Origin: Octopus vulgaris
Taxonomy: Eukaryota
Reading direction: 5' to 3'
DNA: 64,000 nucleotides
NCBI GenBank assembly: GCA_951406725.2
Contig: OX597814.1
Coordinates: 92,194,001-92,258,000, forward strand
The notes under the pieces were generated by a model, which was not told where the DNA came from, made no database searches, and was given only the letters and a program-made list of their open reading frames with translations. Positions 1-13,830 of the stretch are shown here, piece after piece. The position numbers were made by a program, and so were the translations under genes. Numbering within the stretch: the first letter of the stretch is position 1; every line of letters begins with the position of its first letter.

Positions 1-129
1 TGGGAATGATTGCGTTTTGAGTTAGGAAGACTTGCTTTTTATTTGTTTTATTGATTTTATTTGGACTTATATGGTGCAACTTATGGTGATTTAAACTTAT
101 AGTCATTTGAAGTTGGAGTTTATTTCTAT

Positions 130-730
130 TTATGGATGCAAATATAGATCTCAGATTCGACGTGGTGGAACAAGATAGCTTTACAGAGTGTTTTTTTAAA
201 TATGGGGTAATAATTGTGGTGCTTCGGAAAAATTAAATTTCAGGATCTTACAGAACAGTTTTGGTAAATTCTTGACTCTGAGAGAAAATGGGGTTGTAGG
301 AGGGGGGGAACAAACCTAATAATTTCTCTTTTTTTCTAGATTCAGAGTGGGTTACTACATTAGGGTGTTCAGACATAGAGGGACTACATTTAATACGGTT
401 CCTAAAATTAAGGCTATGGAGTTTGGTATAGTTAAAAGGTTTTCTTATACTTTCATAATCTAAGGAAGAAATCGTATTAGTAATTTCAAGATTAGTGTCA
501 GATGAGGGATTAGCTAATTTGATTTTGAGTTTGGTATCAGGGATGTAGAAAATAGGATCATAAAAGCCACTCGATTTTAGGGCTTGATTATAAAATGGGA
601 CATGTGCATTAAAGATCTCTTCGTTTACTGATTGGTTGGAAATCATAATAGAGACAGCCGTAATAATACTATCGACGGTTAATTTTGGATGATTAGGGGA
701 AATGTTTATATATTGTAATGCGTGGTTTCA
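130..730 (-). mobile_element. Degenerate Penelope-like retroelement (PLE), RT C-terminal/linker region
   Basis: Minus-strand translation LQYINISPNHP...ISNQSVNEEIFNAHVPFYNQALKSSGF...FPPSY...VKLSCST matches the PLE post-RT pattern (YINxxSNHP...LSxISSxEExFNxxxPxYQxALxxSGY...WFNPPY...VKVSYSC); includes ORF 248-646; frameshifted. Confidence 0.7.
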
Positions 731-1239
731 CATTGATATAAATTGTCTATCGTTTTAAATATCTGTGTCTTTAAATACTAGTTAACGTGGATGCATTGTA
801 AGAGCGCTGTGATACTGAAATATTAATCATGAGAAAGTCTCTCATTTAGCGCATGAAGCACAGAGATTTTGGTTGCAGATGAGTACTGTCCGGCAACAGT
901 AGTGAAACTATTATATCACTTAATTTCGGCGTGGTGGGTTTTAGGAGGCATTCTCTGTAAATGAATTTTACGATTCATTTTTTATTCGGAGGATTGAACC
1001 CCTGAAACGGCCGTAGCAATATTTTCTTTTAATATGTAACCTAAAATATTTTTTGACGCCAATTATTTTCTCTTCACTATATTCTTCTCTCTTTTTAAAA
1101 AGCGTACAACCCTATACTTCATTATATATTACTATGTAATAAAAAATAAAAGAATATACCGTATTCGAGCCTCTTGTATAAGGGAACTCCTAATTTTGGG
1201 GGTTTAAAATTTGATAAAAAAATGTTCTGTATAAGTAAC

Positions 1240-1522
1240 TACTGAAATATATCATGCAGTTGCTCTTCCAGTATGAAGAACATTATAACTCGTAAAAATC
1301 AGCAAGTACCCCCTCCCAGATGTAACTGTCGAGACCCTGACGTTTTCCTACTTGACCAGGGATGTATGATAAACTCCGTCGTACACGAGGCCGAGGTAAC
1401 AGCAATGCTTCAATTGAAAAAAGATTTACATAGGTGTTTTGAAATTGCCTTCAAACAGTCCTATGTAAATCTTTTTTCAATTGAAGCATTGCTGTTACCT
1501 CGGCCTCGTGTACGACGGAGTT

Positions 1523-1555
<33 letters not shown>

Positions 1556-1588
1556 ATATATAGTGAGAGAGAGAGAGAGAGAGAGAGA

Positions 1589-1637
<49 letters not shown>

Positions 1638-2666
1638 ATACACAACTTAAAGAGCTACCAATAGTCGCAGGCATTTATGATACTTAGACAAATGTTTTAA
1701 AATATCTTCAAGCTATCTTTCAGGATTTGCTTCTGCGTTATATATATTTTGAAATCAACGACTCTCCTGTTCTCGCTGATTGCAGAAACTACAATAAATG
1801 CAGCTGGTATAGAGGAAAATAACAATAGATAAATCAAAGTCTGCGAGACAGCAACTTAATCCAGAGTGCTTGATGTCTTTCAATTCGACAAAAGCAATCT
1901 GTCCATGTACTTGCACCTGCTTCAAAATTCAGATCTAGAATGAAGCAGTTCGTTGGAATTCTTGGATTGAAGAAGAATATGATGTCTATCTGCCATGCAT
2001 TATTTGCGTTTCATAGATCAATTAACATATAGCTTGGAATTCTCCACTTGATTGTATGTGGTGTGGAATTGGTTTTCAAATTCTATACATGGCTAGACAA
2101 CTTGCATTACTTTTGGGGATGTACTGAAAGAAGACAGGACTGTTTGAAGGCAATTTCAAAACACCTGTCTTCTTTCCAGTACATCCCCAAAAGTAATGCA
2201 AGTTGTCTAGCCATGTATAGAATTTGAAAACCAATTCCACACCACATACAATCAAGTGGAGAATTCCAAGCTATATGTTAATTGATCTATGAAACGCAAA
2301 TAATGCATGGCAGATAGACATCATATTCTTCTTCAATCCAAGAATTCCAACGAACTGCTTCATTTTAGATCTGAATTTTGAAGCAGGTGCAAGTACATGG
2401 ACAGATTGCTTTTGTCGAATTGAAAGACATCAAGCACTCTGGATTAAGTTGCTGTCTCGCAGACTTTGATTTATCTATTGTTATTTTCCTCTATACCAGC
2501 TGCATTTATTGTAGTTTCTGCAATCAGCGAGAACAGGGAGAGTCGTTGATTTCAAAATATATATAACGCAGAAGCAAATCCTGAAAGATAGCTTGAAGAT
2601 ATTTTAAAACATTTGTCTAAGTATCATAAATGCCTGCGACTATTGGTAGCTCTTTAAGTTGTGTAT

Positions 2667-2670
<4 letters not shown>
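1240..2670 (+). mobile_element. Degenerate PLE GIY-YIG endonuclease region plus 3' end, split by an internal inverted duplication
   Basis: 1250-1459 encodes SCSSSMKNII...CNCR...C..NSVVHEAEV...(frameshift)KIYIG..EIAFKQ. 2164-2430 continues LSSF...LSSHV*NLKTNSTPHTIKWRI...CMADRHHIL...RSEF*SRCKYMDRLLL, the PLE GIY-YIG C-terminus. Confidence 0.75.
1371..1524. repeat. Inverted repeat: 64-bp arms (1371-1434 / 1460-1524), 25-bp spacer
   Basis: aaactccgtcgtacacgagg...gatttacatagg is the reverse complement of cctatgtaaatc...cgacggagttt; spacer tgttttgaaattgccttcaaacagt. Confidence 0.95.
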
Positions 2671-2707
<37 letters not shown>

Positions 2708-2733
2708 CTCTCTCTCTCTCTCACTATATATAT

Positions 2734-2766
<33 letters not shown>

Positions 2767-2768
2767 AA
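1521..2768. repeat. Long inverted repeat: ~610-bp arms (1521-2138 / 2164-2768), 25-bp spacer
   Basis: Arms are reverse complements with about 3 differences outside the microsatellites. Spacer actgtttgaaggcaatttcaaaaca is the reverse complement of the spacer at 1435-1459. Confidence 0.95.
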
Positions 2769-3039
2769 TTTTTGTCTTTCAGTGTTTAAGCAGCACTAGT
2801 GGTAGAGAAAGGAAGCGGCGGCAGAGAAGAAGAAGAAGAAGAAGAAGAAGAAGAAGAAGGAGGAGGAGGAGAATGTGAGAGTGGTATGACAGTAGCAGGA
2901 TGTTGATGGAATCCTCTTAATTGGTCAAGTGACCTAAAAGTGACTCGTTGTAGATGATAGTAGTGATTTAAATCGTTCTATATAAATTCTTGAGGTGACT
3001 GTTTTGAATATATCGTTTTTAATATTTACGTGAATCAAA

Positions 3040-3990
3040 GTTCCCATTCCTAATGAGCTCAAACTGAGACCTATCATAGCAGGTCCTGCATGCCACTCCA
3101 GACACACAACTCATGCCACCCCAGACACACTAGAATGAATATTCCTTTCAATCTAGCAAAAAAATATTTGTACTATAGTTTCTAATACGAGCACCAAGGA
3201 CACACGACTACATGATCTAAAGCACAGACTCATCATCAGGAACTACCCACCATCATTAATTGACATATGCTCTCAACATGCGCTACAACTCAACATCCAC
3301 GAACTCAGACATCCCAAATTAAAGAATGACTTGCAACCAAAATCCCTACCATGCATCTGCACATACAACCCTCTTAACAATGAAGCCTTCGACGACATCC
3401 TCCAAAATATTCCCCTACTAAAAAGGGGCCACAGAATGAATTTGATTCTCCAAACGCACACCATCATAAAAAGTAAGCAACAGCCCAAATCTATAAAAAG
3501 TCTCCTAACACAAGCTCAAATACGCTCCACAACACTGAAACTATCAGTAAAAGAAATGAGGAAGACCTAACTGTGGTATATGTGTCAACCTACTTGAGAG
3601 ATCAGAGTTCTATTTCAAACAAGGTCAACGTTTCACAGTGAAAAGCAACTTCAGATGTGGTTCCGAGAATCTGATATACGTATTAACCTGGTCTGGGTGT
3701 CGAGAACAATGCATAGCCCCCTCCCCCCCCCCCCAAAAAAAACAGTCCACGTCAAAGATGGCTCTGCACAGATCCCAGATCAAAATTCCGAAAAACAGAA
3801 AAATAGCATTCAACGTACACGTCGACATTTGCACCAATAACAAACAACCGAGCTTCAGAATCTTTCCCCTCTATCGATTCATGGACGATACATGTAGTCA
3901 GCATATTAGTAGAGTCATTCTTATCACAAAATATCAAATGTATTCACAACAAATGTTACTGTGGAATCAGGGCTTTAGTATAACACCCAC
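3040..3990 (+). mobile_element. Second degenerate PLE family (internally deleted RT, linker and GIY-YIG endonuclease)
   Basis: LRPIIAGPAC (RT start), NIPFNLAKKICTIVS...RLHDLK...NYPPSLI, TYNP, IKSKQQPKSIKSLLT, RPNCGIC, FRCGSENLIYVLTWSGC...LHRSQI...HVDIC; multiple frameshifts. Confidence 0.75.
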
Positions 3991-4304
3991 GCAAATATTA
4001 AAAACGATATAATCAAAACAGTCGCCTCAAGAATTTATTCAGAACGATTTCAATCACTACTATCGTCCACAATATGTGTCCATTTACGTATTTATTCTCA
4101 GTAGAGTTCAGCTGTATTTAAAAGTTTTCTTGCAAATCTCTTCATATTTGCGGGGAAAAATATTTTACTACTTTCCATCCTACCTAGTGAGCAACTTTTG
4201 GATTATGTTGAAGCTTTCACTGAGTATTTTCTTTGTTACATTCCTTTTTAATACTTCAGATACTCAGATGCAAATCTTATATGTATGTATAGATAAATAT
4301 ATAC

Positions 4305-4355
<51 letters not shown>

Positions 4356-4543
4356 CATATTTATATTAAATCAGAGAAAAAACCACTATTACGCAAATCA
4401 AACTGAAAAACATAAACCAAAACATAGAAATAAAATTAATTAATATAATATACAAAATATATAAAATATAAAATTCAAAATTTAAATTATTTAATTTTAA
4501 AGTTAAAATTAATTTTTTTTTAATTATTAATTTATACTTATAA

Positions 4544-4587
<44 letters not shown>

Positions 4588-5038
4588 ATTATTATTATTG
4601 TTATTTTTATTTTTATTTTTTATTTATTTAATTATATAATTATTTACTTATTTATTTATTTTTTATATTACATATATATAACTTCAAAAAGTATTAATAG
4701 CATATGTATGTATGTACGTAAGTATGTATGCATGTATGTATGTATGTATGTATGTATGTATGTATGTATGTGTGCATGTATATATTGAGTTATTTTGAAA
4801 GCTTACGGGATCAAATGGTAATATACTTATTGTACACTTTCGGAGAGAATGGCCTTCAGTAGTTTTATATATTTAAGAACTTTTCCCTATACTTTAGAAT
4901 GCTTATACACAGATGTGTGTTCACTGGATTCGCATGTGTTATTCATCCTGATATTACCAAGTTTCTACTTGAACATCGAAATAACGTTCTTTCACTTTCC
5001 CTCACTCCAATTTTCTTTCTCTCTGTCTGGTTTCCGAA

Positions 5039-5088
5039 ACACCTCATGAGATGGGCGTGTCCCACGCCTACGAAACTTTATGTGATGT
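5039..5088 (+). ncRNA. Degenerate type I hammerhead ribozyme motif (G5C core change)
   Basis: acac CTCATGA g-a-tgggcgtg-tcc-cacgccta-c GAAA c tttat gtg atgt: strong stem II, one core substitution, damaged cleavage triplet. Confidence 0.45.
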
Positions 5089-5254
5089 GGAACCTGAGTC
5101 AAATTATTATTAAATACGGGTAACTTCAAACACATATATTAAGAGCTACTTGCGTTTATTCACACACACGTTTACGTTTATGCACATATATATGTATGCA
5201 TGTAGGTAGGTAGGTGGTTTTAGAAATATAATACACAGAGAAAGATATACATAC

Positions 5255-5309
<55 letters not shown>

Positions 5310-5311
<2 letters not shown>

Positions 5312-5480
5312 TTTTATTCTTTTTTGACTGCGGTCATACTGCAGCACTGCCTTTAGTCGAACAAATCGACCCCAGGATGTATTCTTTTTCTAGCCTAGTA
5401 CTTATTTCCTAGTTCTCTTTTGCCGAACCGCTAAGTTACGGGGACGTAAACACTCCAGCATCGGTTGTCAAGGGATGGTG
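5310..5480 (-). mobile_element. tRNA-derived SINE family A, 3' fragment
   Basis: Near copy of 5640-5800 (gactgcggccatgctggagcaccgcctttagtcga...gccgaaccgctaagttacggggac). Confidence 0.75.
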
Positions 5481-5498
5481 GCGGGATAGATACAGACG

Positions 5499-5561
<63 letters not shown>

Positions 5562-5588
5562 ATGTATGTATGTATGTATGTATGTATA

Positions 5589-5621
<33 letters not shown>

Positions 5622-5625
5622 TTTT

Positions 5626-5829
5626 TCTTTTACTTGTTTCAGTCATTTGACTGCGGCCATGCTGGAGCACCGCCTTTAGTCGAGCAACTCGACCCTGGGA
5701 CTTATTCTTTGTAAGCCTAGTACTTATTCTATCAGTCTCCATTGCCGAACCGCTAAGTTACGGGGACATAAACACACCACCATCGGTTGTCAAGCAATGC
5801 TAGGGGGACAAACACAAACACACAAACAT

Positions 5830-5891
<62 letters not shown>

Positions 5892-6047
5892 GACGGGCTT
5901 CTTTCAGTTTACGTCTTCCAAATCCACTCACAAGGCTTTGGTCGGCCCGAGGCTATAGTAGAAGACACTTGCCCAAGATGCCACGCAGTGGGACTGAACC
6001 CGGAACCATGTGGCTGGTAAGCAAGCTACTTACCACACAGCCACTCC
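5626..6047 (-). mobile_element. tRNA-derived SINE family A (CORE-like body, internal microsatellite)
   Basis: Minus-strand head ggagtggctgtgtggtaag (A box)...gggttcagtccc (B box), then gcatcttgggcaagtgtcttc...gcctcgggc; related copies at 5310, 9060, 9380-9500 and 27840-27970. Confidence 0.8.
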
Positions 6048-7830
6048 AATATATATATATTGCAAGTATACATCTGTTCAAGTAGATGAATTTGTGTTTC
6101 AATTTATTTATTTAGAATCTGAGAATGCAATAACGTTTTTTAACTATATTTAGGCGGTCGTTCTTATTAAATATATTCGTATCGATAAATAGATCACACT
6201 GCTTTAAAATCAAAATTTTGATACTTTCGGAATGAATTAGCGTATATTATGAATTCTAAACAGATGAACTTCCATTGATGTTTCGTTAAAACTGCAGTTT
6301 TTCACTTTCTTTTGTACCATTATGATCATTTCTTGAGATACTTGGCGTTTATTACCCACTTTCTTGTTTGTCTCTATAAATTAATACGATATTCGTCACT
6401 TGTACAAAGTTCAAAGTACACGTTTACCAACGACATATGAACACACAGTTCATCGCCGATAACAAGATATTAGAGTTTGTTTTTCGACTTTTATTTTTTG
6501 ATTAAATACGACACATCTTTTCTGAATGTTATTGTAAAATACACTTATATTCCATTAACTATGTATTATACCCAAATGAATTTCCTTGCTTTTACTCTTT
6601 AAATTCATTTTTATATAACAGATTGAAGTATAACATTAAAGTTTCTGCAAATTTTTGTAGGAATATTAATTTGTGTTCAAACACTAAAGAAATTTTGCAA
6701 TGACTAAAAAGTAAAAGTCTGAAAAATTCAACAAACCACATCAGTAGGTTTATTAAAAGATAAAAATAAATGATCATGAAACTATAGAGTCAAAGCATAA
6801 TAGAAAATAACTACAAAAAAAGAAATATGGTACAAGAATAATGGGAAATAGCTATGCAACAAAATGTTCAAAATTTAATTAACATATATATATACATATA
6901 TCCACGATGTAAAACGAAAATGCTTTCTTACCATTACTTTAACAAAAAATTGTTTTACGACTGTTTAAATGGCTTTTAAAAGTAGTTTTTAGAAATTGAA
7001 AATATGCAAAATAAATTTGAATACAAGAAAAAAACACATGCATTATGTTCACTTATACGACATACAGAATAAAATAACATTAATCTTAACGAACACGCAA
7101 ACTCTGTGAAATAATTCTTTTTATCATGTTAGAAAATTCAAATCTGTTCCGTGATCAGCTACATCTCGTATGCTTTCAGTGATAAGCACATATGTTACCA
7201 TTGCTATAATAAATTTCTAAAGTATTACTCTTCTTTTTTGAAAAGAAACTCGCCCTCGAGTCAAAAAAAAGAGCTTCTATGTAGCCACTCGACAAGCAGA
7301 TTTAGCAATAATAACTATAGAAAGAATTGCCATCTTAACAATGATACATCAAAAGATGTAGTCTTAGAAAAATTTTTAGAAGAGAAATAGAGGAAAAGTT
7401 GCGCCTGAGGGTTGACCGAGGGTTAAACAAAATCGACAACCATGTGTCCACTATTGAAATATAAATTATTTCCAAATGAAATATAGCTTTTGTGTTGTGT
7501 CACAGTTATGTCACAGTTGCAGATTTACGAGTGAACGCTATTCAAATACAAGGAATATACTCTCACAAGTAGCATAGGTAAATATATAACTTGGCTTTTT
7601 CCAGTGAAGCTATATATGTCCACAACTCCTTGTCGATAATCCAATGTGCTCTACACATTCCGAAGATGTGTATTAAACATTATAAAGGTGATGACGCGAG
7701 TAAGCAACACGATATGCATCTAGATTTGACTAGTTTTGGCCAATGATGTGCAGTGTACTGAAGCATTTGGCATGAAGATTTTTTTATAGATGATTATACG
7801 GACCTCGATGTTCATTTCAGTCTGGTTCAG

Positions 7831-7884
<54 letters not shown>

Positions 7885-7899
7885 ATATGTATGTATATA

Positions 7900-7954
<55 letters not shown>

Positions 7955-8041
7955 AAGGGTGGAAAGGAACACACGAGTTGATATATATGAAAAAACAAGT
8001 CAAAAATAGAAAATGCTAAGAAAATTTTATAGTGAATCTTT

Positions 8042-8079
8042 CAGTACCGGTTTCGGTCATTTTGAGACCTTTTCAACTG
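8042..8079 (-). ncRNA. Minimal type I hammerhead motif, U3-A8 variant (mirror copy)
   Basis: Exact reverse complement of 8341-8378. Confidence 0.6.
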
Positions 8080-8340
8080 TAACGATTAAATAATTAAATT
8101 TAGAAAAATTAGAAGAAAAGTTTTTTTAAAAGAATATTTATGTAGTAGTGTTCAGATATAAGTAGCATTCTGCCTTTCTCTGACTCCCTTGTTTGCACTT
8201 GTGTGTTCGACGAACACACAAGTGCAAACAAGGGAGTCAGAGAAAGGCAGAATGCTACTTATATCTGAACACTACTACATAAATATTCTTTTAAAAAAAC
8301 TTTTCTTCTAATTTTTCTAAATTTAATTATTTAATCGTTA

Positions 8341-8378
8341 CAGTTGAAAAGGTCTCAAAATGACCGAAACCGGTACTG
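8341..8378 (+). ncRNA. Minimal type I hammerhead ribozyme motif, U3-A8 core variant
   Basis: cag TTGAAAA ggtc-tcaaaat-gacc GAAA c-cg-g TA ctg: stem I cag/ctg, stem II ggtc/gacc, palindromic ACCGGT stem III, GUA cleavage triplet. Confidence 0.6.
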
Positions 8379-8428
8379 AAAGATTCACTATAAAATTTTC
8401 TTAGCATTTTCTATTTTTGACTTGTTTT

Positions 8429-8632
<204 letters not shown>

Positions 8633-8813
8633 GAGGCGTTTTCCTTTAAGAACGTATTAGAGTACAAAATAGAGCTCGTTCACTTCACCCATAGAATTAC
8701 CACACACCCAGCAGTATTATGGTATAATAATACACTGATATACCACAACTTCTCTGGGCATCCCCATACATACACACAAACACTCGCGTACACACACGCA
8801 CGCACACACACAT

Positions 8814-8851
<38 letters not shown>

Positions 8852-8944
8852 GTATGTATAAACAAGGGTATAAAATAGTACCAGCATTTTATAAATTTGT
8901 CTTTACGTTTTAATTGTTCATAGACCAACTACATTATACAGCAC

Positions 8945-9050
<106 letters not shown>

Positions 9051-9059
9051 CAAGATGCA

Positions 9060-9365
9060 GGTGTGGCTCGGGCGGACCAAAGACGCGTGAGTGAATTTGG
9101 TAGCTTGAAATCGAAAGAAGCCCTTCACATATACGTGGGGCGGGATATTTGTGTCTGGAGCTTTCCTTCACCACCACTTGAAAACCAATGTCGGTGTGTT
9201 TACGTCCCCGTAACAACGGTTCGGCAAAAGGGACCTATAGATTAAGTATTAGGCTTTACGAAAGTAAATCCTAGGGTCGATTTGTTCGACTAAACCTTTT
9301 CAAGACAGTTTTCCAGCATGGCCGCAGTCAAATGACAGAAAGAAATGAGAGGTGAAAATAAAAGA
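9060..9365 (+). mobile_element. SINE family A, diverged 5'-truncated copy
   Basis: Reverse-complement similarity to 5626-5960 (gtttacgtccccgtaac...cggttcggcaaaag...ccagcatggccgcagtcaaatgac). Confidence 0.7.
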
Positions 9366-11591
9366 TAGAATGGGTTTCCGTATAATCCCCGTCTATCATA
9401 TTCCACTGCCAAAACACTAGTCGGCCGGTTCTACAGTAGAAGAAAATTGTCCAAGGTGACTTGTGGTGGAATAGTTCCAAACAGGAACCAATGCAATACG
9501 GACGTGAATTTCTTCAGAGAACATTGTCCTCAGTTCTGTTTGCCAACAAAATTTAATGATTCCTTCAGCATAACTTTCGTGACGTGGAGAACCGTTCAGC
9601 ATTTCCTATTTGTTGGAAAAAGCTGTTTAAAATACAAACGTAACTTAAGACATTTGAGGCAGATTAAGAGGGATAAAGCTTATAAAAAGTAAACGTTCCT
9701 TTGAATAAAAACTGTTTAACTTGGAAACTATAATTAGTTTAAAATATGAACAGGTAAAGTTACAAAAAATAAGCCACATGAGATAAAATATACAAGCTTC
9801 TGGAAAAGAAATGATTATTATGAAGTAACTATCCACAGTGTCACCTTATGTTCGTTACCTTTTATTTTCAGCCGCTTTAGTCTGATTTGATGCTTGGAAT
9901 ATCTCTAACAATTTTAGGCTGATCTTAGTTCATATTTTTCAATTAATTTGACAACCCACGATTTAGTTCAGGTTCCTATCTGCCTCGTTCTTTTTCAAGC
10001 AGCTAGGTAAAATATGATTCCATAATGAGACATAGGTTTAAAGTTTTAAGTTCAATGTATTGTAACGCGCGATGAAGCTGTTAGTAATATACCAGTATGC
10101 ATCCGTTCAGTCAAACATTTGAGAAGTGAATTCGTGATGTCTGTGGGCCAAATATTTTCTTAATAACATAAATTTCATAGTATCAAAAGCATTCACGTTA
10201 AAACAATTAACCAGAATATAGTATACGCAGAAATATAATTTAAATTGAACTAACCATAATTCCATAATATCACTAATATTCACGTTATAATGATTTAATT
10301 ACAATATTATATATGCAGAAATATAATCAAAATTCTAAAATATCTAATTAATTTGTGTAATAAATTTATTTCAAATTAATCAGTTTGGATGAAGTTAAAT
10401 CATTTGTGATGTTCAATTTGTCATTTAGAGAACTTTGTATAGTCTACGCCGCGTAAGTAAATGATGATTAATAGAGATGACATGTCCGTGAGGAATCATT
10501 TACTTGTATCTGCAATTATTTTAATTTCATTTAAATTTAATTATCTTAGAATCTGTGATTTTGTAATATCACAGAAATCCATAGAAGTGTAGCAGCCGCT
10601 GTTTTGTTGCTTTGAATATGTCAATGGCAAGCGTTACATTGCGTCAAACGCTATAAAGTCATTGAACTTTCACTTTGACCAGCCGCACTGTAAACTGATG
10701 CTAGAGAGACGGAAAATGGTGAGAGTGAAGCAAATTAACGAGTGATTAATTTTCAGCGATGACACTTTGAGAAGATATATTGTAGATTCTCATGCCATAA
10801 ATACTATACTTGGTCTGCAAGAAATAGTAGCAAAATGCTGTCATATTATACACTACCGACTTAAAAGAAAAGAAAACGAAGGACGTATTTGTTAATGTAG
10901 TTGGTGTTACGCTCCGCCTCAGAATTAAATGTATCATGGCCGGTCATGGAATGCCTTTGATCATACATTTGCATGATCAGGGTCTGTTTTGCGCTAAACA
11001 AGGGTATCGTCTATATATTAGCATGGAGTACACTTGCCTTTGTATGTAATGATATGAACGGCTTCATTTAAACAAGTGCACATTCCTTTCAATAAATTTT
11101 GTCAATCATCAAGTCGGCAGGCAGCCAAATATATTGTATAAAATCGTAGTTTTAATGTTGCCACTATCTCAAGTATTATTGTGTTTAAACCAACGCCGGA
11201 GCCTCCGTGTGGTTTGGCAGCCTTCTTCGCATAGCAACGAAGAATTCCTCAAATTACATTCCGGTATCTTCAAATCTGATCATGGGCACAGAGTAAAGAC
11301 AGCGTGGTCAGTGATGGAGTAAATTGTGAAGATATGTAAATTGTAAACAAGTTAAAATACTCTAAGCAAGGTTGAATTAACATGGGTTTCACTGAAACAT
11401 ATATTAGGATGGAAAAATCTTAAAAAATATATCTGGTTTTAAATGTGATAGACATTGATATTATAAATTAATACTACGTCTGTCGCATATGAATTTTTAT
11501 TCAGCCGCTGGCTAATTGGACATTAGTGATTTTTCAACCATTGTTTCGCTATACCAGATAGATAGATTGACAGACAGACAGGCAGGCAGGC

Positions 11592-11644
<53 letters not shown>

Positions 11645-12153
11645 CATAGTCTAGATGCACGTCCAAGGTAGCGTTTCAATCCCCCACTAAAAGTAAAGGA
11701 CGAGACGTTCCCAGGAAAACCTCTAAACGTCGAAAGAAATCCGGCCGACCTTTTAAGGATGGTGCATAAACTGTTATCAGTCGAAAAGTGCACCCATTGC
11801 TGCCATGGACATCCAAGACGACCAGCCTATCATCCGGCTCTAGGAATATTGCTCTTACTTTGAGATCCAGACTCTTCTGAAAATGCACTGCGGTCCTACC
11901 TCTGCCCATTCTCGGCAGACACGGAAAAAAATAAATGTCGAAATGTCCATCAAACATATCCTGGAGGGCCTATGGGCTGTTTGAGTCTGGTCTCCCTGAT
12001 GGCTGTGATATCCAAATTCTGTGACTTGATGTCATTTAACAGGTAGCTTTGTTTCCAAGGCAACCCCAAGCCACGCACATTTATAAAACCTATTCTAAGC
12101 ATGTTCCTATCGAAAGTTTTTTTACATACGAAAGAAAATGAAAAGAATGAGAC

Positions 12154-12205
<52 letters not shown>

Positions 12206-13830
12206 GGAAAGAGAGAGTGTGTCACTTATTGTTCGAAAGTTAGTTGTACTCCTGGCAATTTTCTCTTAGGAAGATTTTATTCATTTTTCTGATTAATATT
12301 TTTGAAATCTACCTTCTGCATCAGGGTAGAGATATTTCAGTATGTTGTGTAATTTTTATGTCACGTGTAGGATTTCTATGTGTTGTGGTGGTGCTGTGCG
12401 TGGATGATTGTTTGTTTTGACATTGTCTTGTGTTATGTTGGTGTATAATCTAGTGTATTGCATCAGATCTGAATTGTTTGTGTTTATTGCTGTCAGCATC
12501 GGGGAGTCACTGCAGGTTTCTGTTTTTGTTAATGTTATTGTTTTGTGCGGGTGTTTTGGCTTCCCTGATTTTTTTTTATGCTTCCCTGATTTTTTTTATG
12601 CTTCTCTATTCTTTTTACTCCCTTTTTGTCCTTCCCCCTTTGGTCACTTACCATTCCACCGTGTTGCCTTCATCGGACGACATGTCGGAGGAATCAGAAA
12701 GTGGGAGGAGGAGGGTATTGGGGGTCTATTTCTGAGTGTGTTAATGTTGATTTTGTTGTTGTTATTGGTGCTGATTGGTGACAGTTGGGATGTGGTGTAT
12801 AGGCTTTAGGGGATAGGCCATGAGTCCTTTTGTTTTTCTCTACTTCGTTTGATGCTTCTATAGTTGTTGTTGTTGATGGTGGTGGTGGTGGTGGTGGTGG
12901 TGGTTGTGGTGGTGGTCATGATGGTGTTGTTTCTGTTCTTGGTGACGCTGATGGTGGTGTTGTTTAGTTGGACTGGTTTGTTGGTTGCTGTTGCTCTTTC
13001 TTTTCTTGGCAGAGCTGTTTTATCAGCTGTGCATATGGCGGTGAGGGTAGCAGTGCTTGTTTTTTATTTGAATTTTGGTTTTCTTGTGGTGTGTCTTTTT
13101 ACTTTTTTTTTCTTCTTTTTTTTTTTTTGCTGTTGCTCCTTGAATATAGAACAATCAATTTTTAAGTGGTTTTTGCTGCCACGGAGGTGACAACCTAGTT
13201 TTCTACCTTCAACGGTGACATGTAAGTTGGTAACGTCTGGAATTTTTATCGAATCGGGTATATTTTCTATCGTTCTTCACTTGCTTGACTCAAGATTTCG
13301 AAAGTCTGGCCCATCCAGTTCTGCTGATCTAGGATGGCAATTTCCAAGATGTTAATAACATCCTCGAAATTCTAGTAGATGGGTGACACCAGCCATTGTG
13401 CTTCAATTTCAGGGGACACATCTTTGATTTTGATTTTTGTGACTCTACGCCATAAGTATTTGTGACCCTACGCCTAAGTGATTCTGTAGAAAAGATTTTG
13501 GTTTGCTCTTCTGAGTCAAACCTGACTTCGACTTTTGCTCCTTGTAATGCATTTTTATGTGCTCATATGGGCCTTAAATATTTTTCGATTATTTGTTGAT
13601 TTATGTTTTCGGTTCTTATCGTTTTTAAATTGATTGTCTTGTATATAATTGTTTTTTGTTAATATTTTCTAAAATAAGTTGTAGTGTGTTTAATTTTATT
13701 GTATTACCCTCCTTAGATAAAAAGGTGTCTTGTTTCCATTAATTGTTGTGGCGTAAATGAAACAACTCGTTTTCTTTGCCTCAAAACTGAAGCAAACTTA
13801 CTTTGTTCGTGTGGTGGATGTTGTTGCTGT
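11645..13830 (-). mobile_element. Tx1/L1-clade LINE, 5' part: degenerate ORF1 with zinc knuckle and ORF2 apurinic endonuclease domain
   Basis: MLRIGFINVRGL...DITAIRETRL and RLVVLDV...FRLITVYAP...LLLVGD*N are APE motifs (11650-12105). GRKLGCHLRGSKNHLKIDC at ~13150-13210 is a decayed CCHC knuckle. The element is 3'-truncated against a (GACA/GATA)n tract. Confidence 0.85.

Noticed and set aside
12408-13190. Hydrophobic, membrane-protein-like plus-strand ORFs
   Set aside because: They are antisense of the A/C-rich decayed ORF1 of the minus-strand Tx1 LINE.
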